Assembly (NCBI RefSeq): GCF_964194155.1
Contig: NC_135914.1
Span: 3,224,001-3,288,000 of the forward strand
Origin: Cetorhinus maximus
Lineage: Eukaryota
Length of the DNA: 64,000 bases
Reading direction: 5' to 3'
Under the pieces are notes generated by a model. That model ran no database searches, was not told the DNA's origin, and saw nothing but the letters and a program-made list of their open reading frames with translations. Shown here piece after piece: positions 1 to 13,181 of this stretch. Position 1 is the stretch's first letter, and each line of letters starts with the position of its first letter. The translations under genes were made by a program, and so were the position numbers.

Positions 1-918
1 AGACAAAAGGACAAAGGGGTGTTGACAGTGGTGGTATTAGCTAAGAGATGTGCTAATGGTGACATTAAGGGTACAAAGCAGGACGAGCAAGTGACAGATA
101 GCCCTAGTGGGGGTGGGGAGGGGGGAAGGGATCGAAATAGGCTAAAAGGTGGAGATGAAACAATGGATGGGAATACATTTAAAAATAATGGAAATAGGTG
201 GGAAAAGAAAAATATATTTTAAAAATATAATAATGATTAGAAAAAGGGGGATCGGAAAGGGAGTGGGGATGGAGGAGAGAGTTCATGATCTAAAATTGTT
301 GAACTCAATATTCAGTCCGGAAGGCTGTAAAGTGCCTAGTCGGAAGATGAGGTTCTGTTCCTCCAGCTTGCGTTGAGCTTCACTGGAACATTGCAGCAGG
401 CCAAGGATGGACATGTGGGCATGAGAGCAGAGTGGTGTGTTGAAATGGCACGTGACAGGGAGGCTGGGTCATGCTTGCGGACAGACCGAAGGTGTTCCAC
501 AAAGCGGTCACCCAGTCTGTGTTTAGTCTCTCCAATGTAGAGGAGACCGCATTGGGAGCAGCGAATGCAATAGACTAAATTGAGGGAAGTGCAAGTGAAG
601 CGCTGCTTCACTTGAAAGGAGTGTTTCGGCCCTTGGACGGTGAGATGGGGGGAAGTAAAGGGGCAGGTGCTGCACCTTCTGCGGTTGCCTGGGGGAAGGT
701 GCCATGGGAGGGGGTTGAGGTGTAGGGGGTGATGGGGGAGTGGACCAGGGTGTCCCAGAGGGAATGATCCCTGCAGAATGCCGCCAGGGGAGGTGAAGGG
801 AAGATGTGTTGGGTGGTGGCATCATGCTGGAGTTGGTGGAAATGGCGGAGGATGATCCTTTGAATGCGGAGGCTGGTAGGGTGATAAGTGAGGACAAGGG
901 GGACCCTATCATGGTTCT
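1..918 (-). mobile_element. Penelope-like element (Neptune-type), 3' part: GIY-YIG endonuclease remnant plus pLTR
   Basis: ORF 336..611 NLVYCIRCSQCGLLYIGETKHRLGDRFVEH is a PLE GIY-YIG with the CCHH signature; near-identical to 13860-14930. Confidence 0.9.
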
Positions 919-919
919 G

Positions 920-1424
920 AAAACGCCTGTCAAGAGACAAAGGGGAAAATAACTGTTAGAGACATTGAAAGGCAGGTGTTCAACCAATGAACTAAATACT
1001 GAAAGTGCTGGAACACCCCCTTGTGTCATCAGCAAGAACTGAAAGGAAGTTGGAAGGCATTGATCAAAATCAACCCATTGAATCCTGTATTCCAGAACTG
1101 GTGCTATGGTGATTTATCCCACCCTTAAAATCCATGTTTTGTGTCTTATGTGTCTTGTATGTGTGTGTATAGGGATTTAAGAAGGGGGCAGAGTTAAAGT
1201 TATAGTGCTAGAAGTTAGCAGTTCATATTTCTTTCTTTTGCCACTGGTTAACAACAGTTTGTTCAATAAACAGCTATTTATTTATTAAGTTTACAAACTT
1301 GGTGCTCGTATTCTGTTAAACTAAAACAGTTAGGTAGAATTGGGGCAATCTGGTGGTTTGGTCAAAGTTTTCGAGGAACAGTGGGGCTTGATATTAGAGC
1401 ACACTATCCCCAGTGAGTCATGAC
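920..1424 (+). mobile_element. LTR-like fragment (3' part)
   Basis: Ends in TCATGACA, resembling the termini of the solo LTRs at 10511 and 50436; AATAAA near 1265. Confidence 0.45.
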
Positions 1425-1559
1425 ACTGCCGTACTGATCCTTCCAACATACAGACATTTGGAAGCAATGGTGACTTGATGCTCAGATTAGCTCGGTCTCC
1501 AGGTATAAGATAGATCTAGAAGCACTGGAGATTCACTGGAATGACACCAGAATGACACA

Positions 1560-1930
1560 GATGCTCCCTCACTAGTTCATGTTTCACTCGCGCTTACACA
1601 TACTCCCTCACCAGTCTCCATTTACTGACGCTCCCTCACTGTTCCTTTTTCTCCTCCATTTCCAAATGCTTCCTCACTAGTCCCCATTCAAGCACACTCC
1701 CTCACCAGCCTCCATTTAAAGATGCTCTCCCCACCAGTTACATTGCTCCTCCATTTATAGACGCTCCCTCAAGCAGACCCCATTTCACCTCCATTTACAG
1801 ACGCTCCCTCAAGCAGACCCCATTTCACCTCCATTTACAGACGCTCCCTCAAGCAGACCCCATTTCACCTCCATTTACAGACGCTCCCTCAAGCAGACCC
1901 CATTTCACCTCCATTTATAGACGCTCCCTG
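1560..1930. repeat. 40-bp minisatellite (about 4 near-perfect copies at 1748-1930, degenerate copies upstream)
   Basis: Unit CCTCCATTTACAGACGCTCCCTCAAGCAGACCCCATTTCA read directly. Confidence 0.9.
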
Positions 1931-1964
1931 AATTGCTGAGTTTCTGACATTCCCTGCCTGCCCT

Positions 1965-2290
1965 GGAATTTGGCGCCGGGCCCCTTGGTGGCGACTCGAG
2001 CCGGGGCAGATCCTGAGTCACCGGCGGATGGATGGCGATTTATTGCTTTTTTTTAACCTGACTTAAACGTGCGCTCAGAGTTTGTGCAGTCCAGCTTCCT
2101 CCGGGTTTATTAACCCGCTTCACTCTTACCTGCTTCGAACCCAGTGGCCTCTCCCGCGCATGCTCAGCCCACACTGCCCAATGAACCACTCCCGCGCATG
2201 CTCAGCCCATGCTGCCCCTGTCCCGCGCATGCTCCGTCCACAATGCCCTGCAGGTGTCTCCCGCGCATGCTCACCTCATTGGTCCTCAAT
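1965..2290. promoter_or_regulatory. CpG-island promoter, probably minus-strand or bidirectional
   Basis: CpG-rich; four CCCGCGCATGCTC NRF1-like sites; Staf-like CGTCCACAATGCCCTGCA at 2235-2252; minus-strand donor CAG|GTAAGA near 2124-2132. Confidence 0.65.
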
Positions 2291-2469
2291 GTCCTCATTC
2301 AGAAGGAAGTACAGAGGCTGCTAAATGCTGGAAATCTGGAAGATCAGGAAATACTCAGCAGATCAAGCAGCAGCTGTGGACCAGGAAACACAGTTAACTA
2401 TTCAACCACAACAAACAGCTGGTAGGAAAAACTAAACTATTAAGTGTGTTCAAAGTAAGAAAATCTAAA

Positions 2470-2930
2470 TGAAGGTTATTGTGTGAATGTACAGAGTGTG
2501 GTTAATAATATTGGTGAGTTACAGCTGCAGATTCACATGTGTAAATATGATGTTGTGGCTATAACAGGGAGCTGGCTCTGAGTATTAAATCTTCCTCAGT
2601 ACAAGGTGTTCAGCAAAGACAGGAAAGGAAGAGAAAAGGGAGGCTGGCAGTCCTGTTTAAGGAGAGAAGATATCCCAGAGGGGGTCAAGGAAATAATCTA
2701 TTTAGCTAGAGAAAGGAACAAAAAAGGGAAAATTACATTGCGCAATGTAGTCTATAGGCCATCAACTAGTGGGAAAGATGTAGAGGAAATTTGCAAGGAA
2801 ATTAGAGAGGTGGATGAGTTATAGACTAGTTATAATGGGGGGCTTTAATTATCTGAATATAGACTGGGATAGTAGTAGTGTAAGTAGTAGAGGTAAGAGT
2901 TCCTGGAGTGTATTCAGAAGAACTTTCTAT
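2470..2930 (+). mobile_element. Degraded CR1 LINE ORF2, APE endonuclease region
   Basis: VVYRPSTS and VIMGGFNYLNIDW motifs in broken ORFs. Confidence 0.75.
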
Positions 2931-3451
2931 CACAATTATTATGGTAATAAATCTTGCCACAATACAGCTTTACTAATATCATTAAAACTTAGCAATATTG
3001 ATAAACCCAACAAATACTTACTACAGCTTACTAGTGGTAATAAACCTTTTTTAAGAATAAAAGATAAGACTCTCCAGCTGCTCCTTTTTTACTTGTTACT
3101 TATAGTTAAAATTTTAAACATTTTTTTCAATTCCCAGGTGTTTAGACTCAGTCCTTCAACCCCAATATTCACTATCCAATCATCTTATGACTTTCTTGTG
3201 ATGTCACAATTGTTTTTCAAACCTGGTGTTCTCTAGCACCTGCTTCAAGTGCACTTGTGGCCTGAAGCTCAGCTGGGGGTGAAATATGACACCAAGGTTG
3301 TGACCAGTCTTGCCCGGTTTCACACAGTTGCCTAGGAGAGAGATGAGATCAGTGGCTAGGGAATAGAGTTTGTAATGGGGATGGGAGACACTGGCTTCAG
3401 TAATACCAACATTTAATTCAAATTTCAAATTGGATCAAATTTCTGTTCTCA

Positions 3452-4025
3452 GAATCACAGTGCAGAAGAGGCCCTTCGGCCCATTGAGTCTGCACCGACA
3501 CGTGAGAAACACCTGACCTACCTACCTAATCCCATTTACCAGCACTTGGCCCATAGCCTTGAATGTTATGAGGTGCCAAGTGCTCATCCAGGTACTTTTT
3601 AAAGGATGTGAGGCAATCCGCCTCCACCACCCTCCCAGGCAGTGCATTCCAAACCGTCACCACCCTCTGGGTACAAAAAGTTTTTCCTCACATCTCCCCT
3701 AAACCTCCTGCCCCTCACCTCGAACTTATGTCCCCTCGTGACTGACCCTTCAACTATGGGGAACAGCTGCTCCCTATCCACCCTGTCCATGCCCCTCATA
3801 ATCTTGTACACCTCGATCAGGTCGCCCCTCAGTCTTCTCTGCTCCAACGAAAACAGCCCAAGTCTATCCAACCTCTCTTCATAACTTAAATGTTTCATCC
3901 CAGTCAACATCCTGGTGAATCTCCTCTGCACCCCCTCCAGTGCAATCACACCCTTCCTATAATGTGGCGACCAGAACTGCACACCGTACTCCAGCTGTGG
4001 CCTCACCAAGGTTCTATACAACTCC
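3452..4025 (-). mobile_element. CR1 LINE 3' end (young copy)
   Basis: YRTLVRPQLEY...LEQRRLRGDLIEVYKI...TRGH C-terminal ORF2 motifs; near-identical to 21652-22225. Confidence 0.9.
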
Positions 4026-4419
4026 AGTTGTTCATCCAGTGCGAGATGCCAGACAAGTTGGTAAGTGACTTAGAGAGAAACTTGGAGGTGATGGTGTTTG
4101 CATACACATGCTGCCCTTGTCCTTCTGGGTGGTGAGGATCGAGGGTCCATTAGGTCATTTTCTGGCTGAGTTTTCCCTATATAAAACCTCTCCTTCACCC
4201 ACTGCTGCTCCCTCTCCTCTCTCTCCTTCGTAGAGGCCAGAATCTTGTGTAGGTACAGACCAGTCGGCAGGTCCCCTTCCCTGAAGAACATTAGTGAAGC
4301 AGTCGGGTTTTTAGGACAATCCACCAGCTTTCAGGATCACTCGTTCGTGGTGTCAGCCCCACAAATGATCAGATTCATTCAGCTCAATTTCATTGATAAT
4401 TTTGCTCCTTAATAGGCAG

Positions 4420-4712
4420 GGGAGGCGACGGTGTAGTGGTATTGTCGCTGGACTAGTAATCCAGAGACCCAGGGTAATTCTCTGGGGACCGGGGTTCGAA
4501 TCCCACCATGGCAGATGGTGGAATTTGAATTCAATAATAAAATTTGGAATTAAGTGTCTGATGATGACCATGAAACCATTGTCGATTGTTGTAAAAACTA
4601 ATCACTAATGCCCCTTTAGGGAAGGAAATCTGTCGCCTACATGTGACTCCAGACCAACAGCAATGTGGTTGACTCTTACATGCCTTCTGAAATGGCTACA
4701 AGCCATTCAGTT
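4420..4712 (+). mobile_element. tRNA-derived SINE (family S1)
   Basis: A-box-like GTAGTGG and B-box GGTTCGAATCCC head; body shared with copies at 28990, 30790, 51468, 57360 and 58580. Confidence 0.8.
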
Positions 4713-4734
4713 TTAACAAACTGCTATAGAGTCC

Positions 4735-7058
4735 GGAGTTGCCCTGGGAGTCCTCAACATCGACCCATGAAAGTCACATGGCATCAGGTCAAACATGGTC
4801 AAGGAAACCTCCTGCTGATTACCAACTACCGCCCTCCCTCAGCTGATGAATCAGTGCTTCCTCCATGTTGAACACCACTTGGAGGAAGCACTGGGGGTGG
4901 AGAGGGTGCAGAATGTACTCTGGGTGGGGAACTTCAATGTCCAATGAGCAGCACCTGGCATATCTAAAAATGAGGTGTCAGCCTGGTGAAGAAGCTATAA
5001 CACCGGACTCCTTGCGTGCCAAACAGCATAAGCAGCAAGCGATAGACAGAGCTAAGCGATCCTACAACCAATGGACCAGATCTAAGCTCTGCAGTCCTGC
5101 CATATCCAGTCGTGAATGGTGGTGGACAATTAAACAACTCACTGGAGGAGGAGGCTCCACAAATATTCCCATCCTCAATGATGGAGGAACCCAGCACAGC
5201 AGTGCAAAAGATAAGGCATTGGCAACAATCTTCAGCCGGAAGTGCCGAGTGGATGACCCCCTCGGCCTCCTCCCGAGGTCCCCAGCATCACAGATGCCAG
5301 TCTTCAGCCAATTCGATTCGCTCCAAGTGATATCAAGAAACGGCTGAAGGCACTGGATACTGCAAAGGCTATGGGCCCTGATAATATTCCAGCAATAGTA
5401 CTGAAGACTTGTGCTCCAGAACTTGCCGCACCCCTAGCTAAGCTGTTCCAGTACAGCTACAACACTGGCATCTACCCGGCTATATGGAAAATTGCCCAGC
5501 TATGTCCTGTACAGAAAAAGCAGGACAAATCCAACCCAGCCAATTACCGCCCCATCAGTCTACTCTTGATCATCAGTAATGGAAGGGGCCATTAACAGTG
5601 CTATCCAGTGGCACTTGCTTAGCAATAAGCTGCTCACTGATGCCCAGTTTGGGTTCCGCCAGGGCCACTCAGCTCCTGACCTCATTACAGCCTTGGTTCA
5701 AACATGAACAAAAGGACTGAACTCCCAAGGTGAGAGTGACTGCCCTTGACATCAATGCAGCATATGACCGAGTGTGGCATCAAGGAGCCCTAGCAAAACT
5801 AGAGTCAATGGGAATCAGGGGAAAAACTCTCCGCTGGTTGGAGTCATACCTAGCACAAAGGAAGATGGTTGTGATTGTTGGAGGTCAGTCATCTCAGCTC
5901 CAGGACATCACTGCACGAGTTCCTCAGGGTAGCGTCTTAGGCCCAACCATCTTCAGCTGCTTCATCAATGACCTTCCTTCCATCATAAGGTCAGAAGTGG
6001 GGATGTTCACTGATGACTGCACAATGTTCAGCACCATTCGCGACTCCTCAGATACTGAAGCAGTCCATGTCCAAATGCAGCAAGACCTAGACAATATCCA
6101 GGCTTGGGCTGACAAGTGGCAAGTAACATTCGCGTCACACAAGTGTCAGGCAATGACCATCTCCAACAAGAGAGAATCTAACCATCGCCCCTTGATGTTC
6201 AATGGCATTACCATTATTGAATCCACCACTATCAACATCCTGGGGGGTTACCACTGACCGGAAACTGAACTGGACTAGCCATATAAATTCTGTGGCCAAA
6301 AGAGCAGGTCAGAGGCTAGGAATCGTGCAACGAGTAACTCACCTCCTGACTCCTCAAAGCCTGTCCACCATCTACAAGGCACAAGTCAGGAGTGTGATGG
6401 AATACTCCCCACTTGTCTGGATGAGTGCAGCTCCCACAACACTCAAGAAGCTGGACACCTTCTAGGACAAAGCAGTCCCGCTTGATTGGTACCACATCCA
6501 CAAACATTCACCCCCTCCACCACCGACGCGCAGTAGCAGCAGTGTCTACCATCTACAAGATGCACTGCAGGAATTCACTAAGAGTCCTTGGACAGCACCT
6601 TCCAAACCCATAAGACATAGGAGCAGAATTAGGCCATTCGGCCCATCAAGTCTGCTCCGCCATTCAATCATGGCTGATAAGTTTCTCAACCCCATTCTCC
6701 CGCCTTCGCCTCGTAACCTTTGATACCCTTACCAATCAAGAACCTATCTATCTCGGCCACGGCCACTACAACCTAGAAGGACAAGGGCAGCAGATAAATG
6801 GGAACACCACCACCTGGAAGTTCCCCTCCAAGTCACTCACCATGCTGACTTGGAAATATATCGGCCGTTCCTTCACTGTCGCTGGGTCAAAATCCTGGAA
6901 CTCCCTCCCGAACAGCACTGTGGGTGTTCCTGCACCACATGGGCTGCAGCGGTTCAAGAAGGCAGCTCACCACCACCTTCTCAAGGGCAACTAGGGATGG
7001 GCAATAAATGCTGGCCCAGCCAGCGAAGCCCACATCCGGTAAACAAATTTAAAAAAAA
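4735..7058 (+). mobile_element. CR1-clade LINE (family B), internally deleted and frameshifted ORF2 with 3' tail
   Basis: GPDNIP, NYRPISLL, LDINAAYDRVWH, VPQGSVLGP and FTDD RT motifs; tail GGGATGGGCAATAAATGCTGGCC...A-rich; small CR1 3'-end insert near 6610-6755. Confidence 0.9.
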
Positions 7059-7195
7059 GATTCTCTCACACTCCGTTTTTATGTTTTGAATCAATTTCAC
7101 AGGGTATTAGGATTTGCATTCAGGAAATCAGACATTACATCACGACCTGAAGGAGTTGGTTAATTTATTGTAACCTGGTTATCATTGGTGTGAAT

Positions 7196-7897
7196 ATGGA
7201 AGGAAAAAGCACCGTTCACAGTAGGGAGAAACTGTCCACGCGTTCTGTGCGTGGACGAGGCTTCAGCCAATCGTCTGTCCTGTTGAGACAGAAGCACAGT
7301 GACTCCAGGGAGAAACCGTGGAAGTGTGGGGACTGCGGGAAGGTATTCAGTTACCCATCTGTGCTGGAAATTCATCAACGCATTCACACTGGCGAGAGGC
7401 CATACACCTGCCCCGTGTGTCGGAAGGAATTCAATCATTCATCCACCTTGAGGATACACCAGCGGAGTCACACCGGGGAGAGACCATTCAAGTGCTCTGT
7501 GTGTGGAAAGGGTTTCACTGTGTCATCCGACGTGCTGAAACACCAGCGAGTTCACACTGGGGAGAGGCCATTCATCTGCTCCGAATGTGGGAAGGGATTC
7601 ACTCAGTTAGGCAACCTGCAGACACATCAGCGCATTCACACGGGAGAGAAGCCATTTACATGCTCCACGTGTGGGAAGGCATTCACTGTACACTCCCACC
7701 TGCAGGAACACCAGCGAGTTCACACAGGGGAGAGGCCGTTCGTTTGCTGTGAGTGTGGGAAAGGATTCATTAACTCATCCCACCTGCTGAGCCACCAGCG
7801 AGGTCACACTGGGGAGAGACTGTTCACTTGCTCCGAGTGTGGGAAGGGATTCACTCAGTCATGCCACCTGGTCAGTCACCAGCGAGTTCACAACTAA
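7196..7897 (+). CDS. C2H2 zinc-finger protein A, 7 fingers, no KRAB
   Basis: Seven CxxC...HxxxH repeats with TGEKP/TGERP linkers; acceptor TTTCACAG near 7102; first in-frame ATG at 7196. Confidence 0.85.
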   Translation: MEGKSTVHSREKLSTRSVRGRGFSQSSVLLRQKHSDSREKPWKCGDCGKVFSYPSVLEIHQRIHTGERPYTCPVCRKEFNHSSTLRIHQRSHTGERPFKCSVCGKGFTVSSDVLKHQRVHTGERPFICSECGKGFTQLGNLQTHQRIHTGEKPFTCSTCGKAFTVHSHLQEHQRVHTGERPFVCCECGKGFINSSHLLSHQRGHTGERLFTCSECGKGFTQSCHLVSHQRVHN

Positions 7898-8074
7898 CCA
7901 CAGTGATTGGATTTTGCTGTTAATCACATCCAGGACTGAACCATGCTCATTGTGGTCAGTTTCTGCTGATGTTAATAAGCTCCAGCCCCCTGTCTAGTTA
8001 TAGATGTTAATACTCTGGATAAAAGCCAAATCTATCTTGAACACAAGTTGCGTTGTGTTTGGTTTGTCACCTCC

Positions 8075-9125
8075 CAAATCCCAGCCAATCTTTCCCAGAA
8101 ATTCATCTTCGATTCCTTCCAATCAGATTCCCACCCCTGCCACAATACCAAAGCTTGTCTTCTCAAAGTCACAATGGCAGCCTATTTCACTGACCATGGT
8201 AAACTCCTGCCTCGTCCTTCTCCACCTGTCTGCAGCCTTTGACACAGTTGACCACACCATCCTCCTCCAACACCTCTCACCTGGTTCCATTCTCACCTAT
8301 CTAATCGCAGTCAGAGAACCACATGCAATGGCTTCGCTTCCCTTTCTCAGGCCCTTCCCTCTCATTGTCGTCTCCGAAGATTGATCCTTGACACCCTCCT
8401 CTTTCTCATCTACGCACTGCCACTAAGTCCCATCTTATGAAAACACAACGTTAGTTTCCACATGGACACTAACACAACCCGGCTGTCCCTCACCACCGCC
8501 TCTCCTGACTCCTTCACTGTTGGACTGCTTACCCAACACCCAATAACAGAAGAATATCAATTTCCTCCAATTAAATATTGAAGAGACCAAAGTCATTGTC
8601 CTTGGTGACTGCTACAAATTCCGTTTCCTAACGACTGACTCCATCTCTCTACCAGGGAGCTGCTTCAGACTGAATCACTCTGCTCCCAATCTTGCTGTCA
8701 TAGTTAACCCCAGGAAAAGCTTCTGACCACATTGTGGGTTTACTTGCACCACATGGGCTGCAGTGGTTCAAGAGGGTCCTCACCACCGCCTTCTCAAGGG
8801 GCAATTAGGGATGGACAACAATGTCCAGGTCCCATGAAAGAATAAAGAATTATCTCTTGGACAAGCAATGCCTCAGTTTTAAAATTCTCATCCCTTTTTT
8901 TCAATCCCTCCAGGGCCCTCTCTATCTCTGTAATCTCCTGCAGTTCAACAACCCTCTGAGATCACTGCACTCATCCAACTCTGGCCTTTTGAGCATCCCT
9001 GATTTTAATCATTCCAGCATTGGCGGCCGTGCCTTTAACTGCCTAGGCCTGAAGCTCTGGAATTCCATCCCTAAATCTCTCCGTCTCTCTACCTCTCTTT
9101 CCTGATTCAAGATGCTCCTTAAAAC
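8075..9125 (+). mobile_element. Degraded L2-like LINE, RT to 3' end
   Basis: LLHLSAAFDTVDH and GGRAFNCLGLKLWNSIP motifs. Confidence 0.75.
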
Positions 9126-10510
9126 TCAGTTGTCCTCCAAGCCACACACCATCCTGACCTGGAACTATATCGTCGTTCCTTCACTGTTGCTGGGTCAAAA
9201 TCCTGGAACTCCCTCCCTCCCAATAGCACTGTGGGTGTACCTTCACCACGTGGACTGCAGCAGTTCAAGAAGGCAGCTCACCACCACTTTCTTCAAGGGC
9301 AATTAAGGATGGGCAATAAATGCTGGCCCAGCCAGCGACGCCCACATCCCATGAATGAATAAATATAAACACACGTTATTATTGTTTCACAGAGCCAGTT
9401 TTTGCACAGTAAGATTCCCCAAACAGCAATCAGTCAAGTGAATTAATCAGGGTTTTTTTGTTTTGGTGGTTTTAGTTAAAGGCCAGAATTGGCCCCACTG
9501 CGCCAGGAAATCTCTGCTGTGGACAGGATGTGGAGTTGTTGAGACTGCCTGAGCTGAGAGTGGAGCTAACTGAGCGCTCAGTGTACCTTCTCGAACCACT
9601 GTCTGGTTCTTCCTTCTTGATTTGCTGACTCCCAGTTGAAGTTGTTTCTGCAGCAAAATCTGGACTATTTATCTGGGAAATAAAGGGTTAATATGATCCC
9701 TATGAGTTTTACTTATGAAAGCAGTTTCTCTTGCTTTATTTTGCCACTGCAACTGTTGGCCTACACTGCTGGTCTGTTCTTCCTATATGTGTTTTGCTCG
9801 AGATGAAGCTACTGTAGTTGATAAGCTCAAGCTGTTTTCTGTTTTTTCACATTTGTACTTTTTGGCTGGCTTGCTTGTCCCTGAGAGTGTGATAGGGTGT
9901 GCCTTACCAGGGAAAGATGAAGGCCATAAGCAGACAAAATAAGATCAGGCATGCAGCCAGCTGAATCTCTACTGTGTATAAATAAGTGTTACTGTAACTG
10001 CTTGTTTGTAATAAAGAGCTCCTGACTTTAACCATCTCCGGACCGAGTGTCTTTTGTCCCACAACAAATATTAGTCTGAATTTCATTTTTTTTGGAGCAA
10101 AGTTTGACAGTTTAAATGGGCCGTGAAAGGGGAAAGAAAGTTCTCGTGTTCATTTCACACCCTTGGAACATCGCAAAGTGATTCACAATCAGTGATGCAT
10201 TTTGAATGGAACAATGACAAGAGAGAGTTTAAACTAAATGCTATTATTTTAACCAGAGTGCAGCAAAAGTAAGACCTGGGAGTGTATGGACATGAATCTT
10301 TGACAGTTGCAGGCCAAGTTGATTAAACACGTTGAAAACAATGTTTATCCGATGCTATTAATAGAGACATGAAGTACTAGAGCAAGAACATCCTACTGAA
10401 TCTGTATCAATCACTGACTGATCCTCAGCTGAAGCACTGTGTTCAATTCTGAGCTATACTTCAGGGACGATGTCAAGGATGTGGAAAGAGAGCACGGAAA
10501 ACGTAGCAGA

Positions 10511-11403
10511 TGTTATGACACAGGTGATGGTAAATGCTGAGCTGTTCAAATCCCAGAGGAAAACTTGAAACAACTGTCACAACTAATTTTCGATTTGTGT
10601 AAATTTGAAGTTGCATGCCTTGAATTCAGTAGTAATAAGACCACCAAGTCTTATAGGTTTTTATAAAACTAGATTAAACATTTATTAATAAGAGAAATGA
10701 GAAATCATTTGAAATACATATATAGATCTACAAATTACTACTATAACTTCTAAATCCCCTAATCAATCTAACTCCCAGTTACACTTTTGTTGATGCAACA
10801 GTAAGACATATAGATTTTAAAAGACCCAGGCAAAAAAAAAAATACCCTGAACAAGTCAAATTCCAAGTGAGTTTTCTTAACTTCAGTCCTTTGAGGTCAG
10901 CAGCTTGAGGCATAGATACTGAAGGCTTTTCACACACTTGTAAGATCTTAAAAATGCCATCCCTTACACACAGTCTTCTCTTCTTTATACATATTTTCCT
11001 CTTTGAATGCAAATACCCATTGTTTCACTATGTCTTTGGACTTTATCTCCCTGATAATAAACCCCTCTCATAGCACTAAGTTTTACCATAATCTTTGGGG
11101 AAAATAAACACACTGTTTCTAAACTTCACCTGGCTAGGTGACACATTTCACCCCTCCTTTGAAAATAATCTAGCCTGGTTTATTTAAGATGCAAATGTTC
11201 CCTCGACACCTATGTTTTTAAACTTCCCCATGTTTACCTAATTAACATTTCAAATCTAACCTCTGCTTAGATCAAAGCATCCAGACTAATTCAATTAAGT
11301 CTCTCTCACACACACACACATATAGAAACATAGACACATCCCATTATTACTCTATTTTACAATAAATTCCAATAACATTGAGTATTACGATATCCTCTTG
11401 ACA
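10511..11403 (-). mobile_element. Solo LTR
   Basis: TGTTATGA...TCTTGACA termini; perfect 4-bp TSD CAGA (10507-10510 and 11404-11407); homologous to 50436-51378; splits a CR1 remnant. Confidence 0.85.
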
Positions 11404-11619
11404 CAGAATAGTATCAAGGATTTCAGTTATGTGCCAACTGGAGAAGTTAGAATTGTTCTCCTCAGAACAGAGAACATACAAATGGGAGCAGAAGTAGGCC
11501 ATTCAGCCCCTCAAGTCTGGAGATTATAGCAGCGTTTTGAAGGCCAAATTAAAAACACAAGCATTGACGTGTCAGGAAACAACTGTATTAATGTGAGGAA
11601 TGTTATCATTTCTGTGAAG

Positions 11620-12130
11620 GAGCATGGGAAATTTTTACTACATTATAGGCCTTATATAAGTTCAAACTATTGTTGACTGTGGGCAGAGATTCAGTTGTCT
11701 GTCTCAGTGGGAAACTCAGACAGTTTCCCTATGGCTATAGGCACACCAGGGAGACAGAGTGTTCACCAGCTGAGTGTAGATTCACTGGGTTATCCCATTT
11801 ACTGGCACAGCAGGACAGTCACACCACAGGGGAGGTCATTCAGATGCTCGAAATGCATGAAGCGATTTATTCAATTTTTTCAACTGTTAACACCAGATTT
11901 ATAAGTTAATAGGATTCAATACACGTTTTGTGCATTCTTACTGGAGAGAGGCATGTTAAATCTTCAGCATGTGGAAAGAGGTTCATTCATTCACCCCCAC
12001 CTGCTAGCATACTACTGAGTTCATATTTAACTGTGGGGGTTGGTTCTTCTGTTATTGCTGTTGTCAATTACATCCAAGAAAGAACTGTAGCAGAGTGTCG
12101 ATTTCTGTATCAATTGATTATTAACTTTAC
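11620..12130 (+). pseudogene. Degraded C2H2 ZNF pseudogene
   Basis: Remnants such as FRCSKCMKRF and TGERHVKSSACGKRF, followed by the conserved ZNF 3' block. Confidence 0.7.
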
Positions 12131-12817
12131 ATCTTGACCCTCTGGTCCCAATCTCAATTGGAACGACAAGGGCAGCAGATAGATGGGGAACACCACCACC
12201 TGGAAGTTCCCCTCCAAGTCACTCACCATCCTGACTTGGAAATATATCGGCCGTTCCTTCACTGTCGCTGTGTCAAAATCCTGGAACTCCCTTCCTAACA
12301 GCACAGTGGATGTACCTACACCACGTGGACTGCAGCGATTCAAGAAGGCAGCTCACCACCACCTTCTCAAGGGCAACTAGGGATGGGCAATAAATGCTGG
12401 GCCCAGCCAGCGAAGCCCACATCCCGTGAATGAATAAAAAACAAATACATAATATCCTGTTCACCAATGTGACCTTCCAGTGTCAGGACTAAATGACCAA
12501 CTCCTCGAACCATAGCAAAGGAGGCCATGCAACCCATTGTGCTTGTGCTGACTCTTTGAAAGAGCAATCGTGTTTAGCCCCAAACACCCACACTCCCATC
12601 AAACTTCATTGGGACAGTACAGGAGGCTGAGGACAGAGAGATCAGAGCGGGAGTGGGACAGAGAATTAAAATGGCAAGTGACTGGAACTTACAGCCCGAA
12701 CCGAGGTTGTTCCACAAAATCATCACGTATGTGGGTTTGGTCTTCCCAAAGCAGGGTAGACCACATGGTGAGCAGTGAATACAGGAACTAAACTGAAAGA
12801 AACACAAGCAAATCATT

Positions 12818-13032
12818 AAGATAAAAACAAAATACTGAGGATGCTGGAAACCTGAAACAAAAACAGAAAATGCTGGAAAAGCTCAGTAGGCCTGACAGCA
12901 TCTGTGGAGAGAGAAGAAAAAGTTTCGATTCCGTATGAGTCTGAAAAGTCATACGGACTCAAAACTTTGTTTTTCTCTCTCCACAGATGCGATCAGACCT
13001 GCTGAGTCTTTCCAGCATTTTCTGTTCTTGTT
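12818..13032. mobile_element. Fold-back element made of inverted PLE pLTR ends
   Basis: Inverted arms around a decayed hammerhead stem II; 14-bp TSD ACAAGCAAATCATT (12804-12817 and 13033-13046). Confidence 0.8.
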
Positions 13033-13049
13033 ACAAGCAAATCATTGTT

Positions 13050-13181
13050 TGGTTTCATCACAAAATCTTGAGAATAGCCAGATAGAATTATAAAGGTTAT
13101 TAATAATCAGCAGCTTTAAATCCCAACTCTCAGTGAATGTAGTTCAGTCCTGGGTGTCATTAAAAGGAGCAGTAACAGACA
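13050..13181 (-). pseudogene. Orphan ZNF 3' block remnant
   Basis: Similar to the 3' regions of ZNF E (44850-44950) and of the 23900-24056 remnant. Confidence 0.55.

Noticed and set aside
4420-4510. tRNA gene
   Set aside because: A and B boxes belong to a multi-copy SINE head; no complete cloverleaf could be drawn
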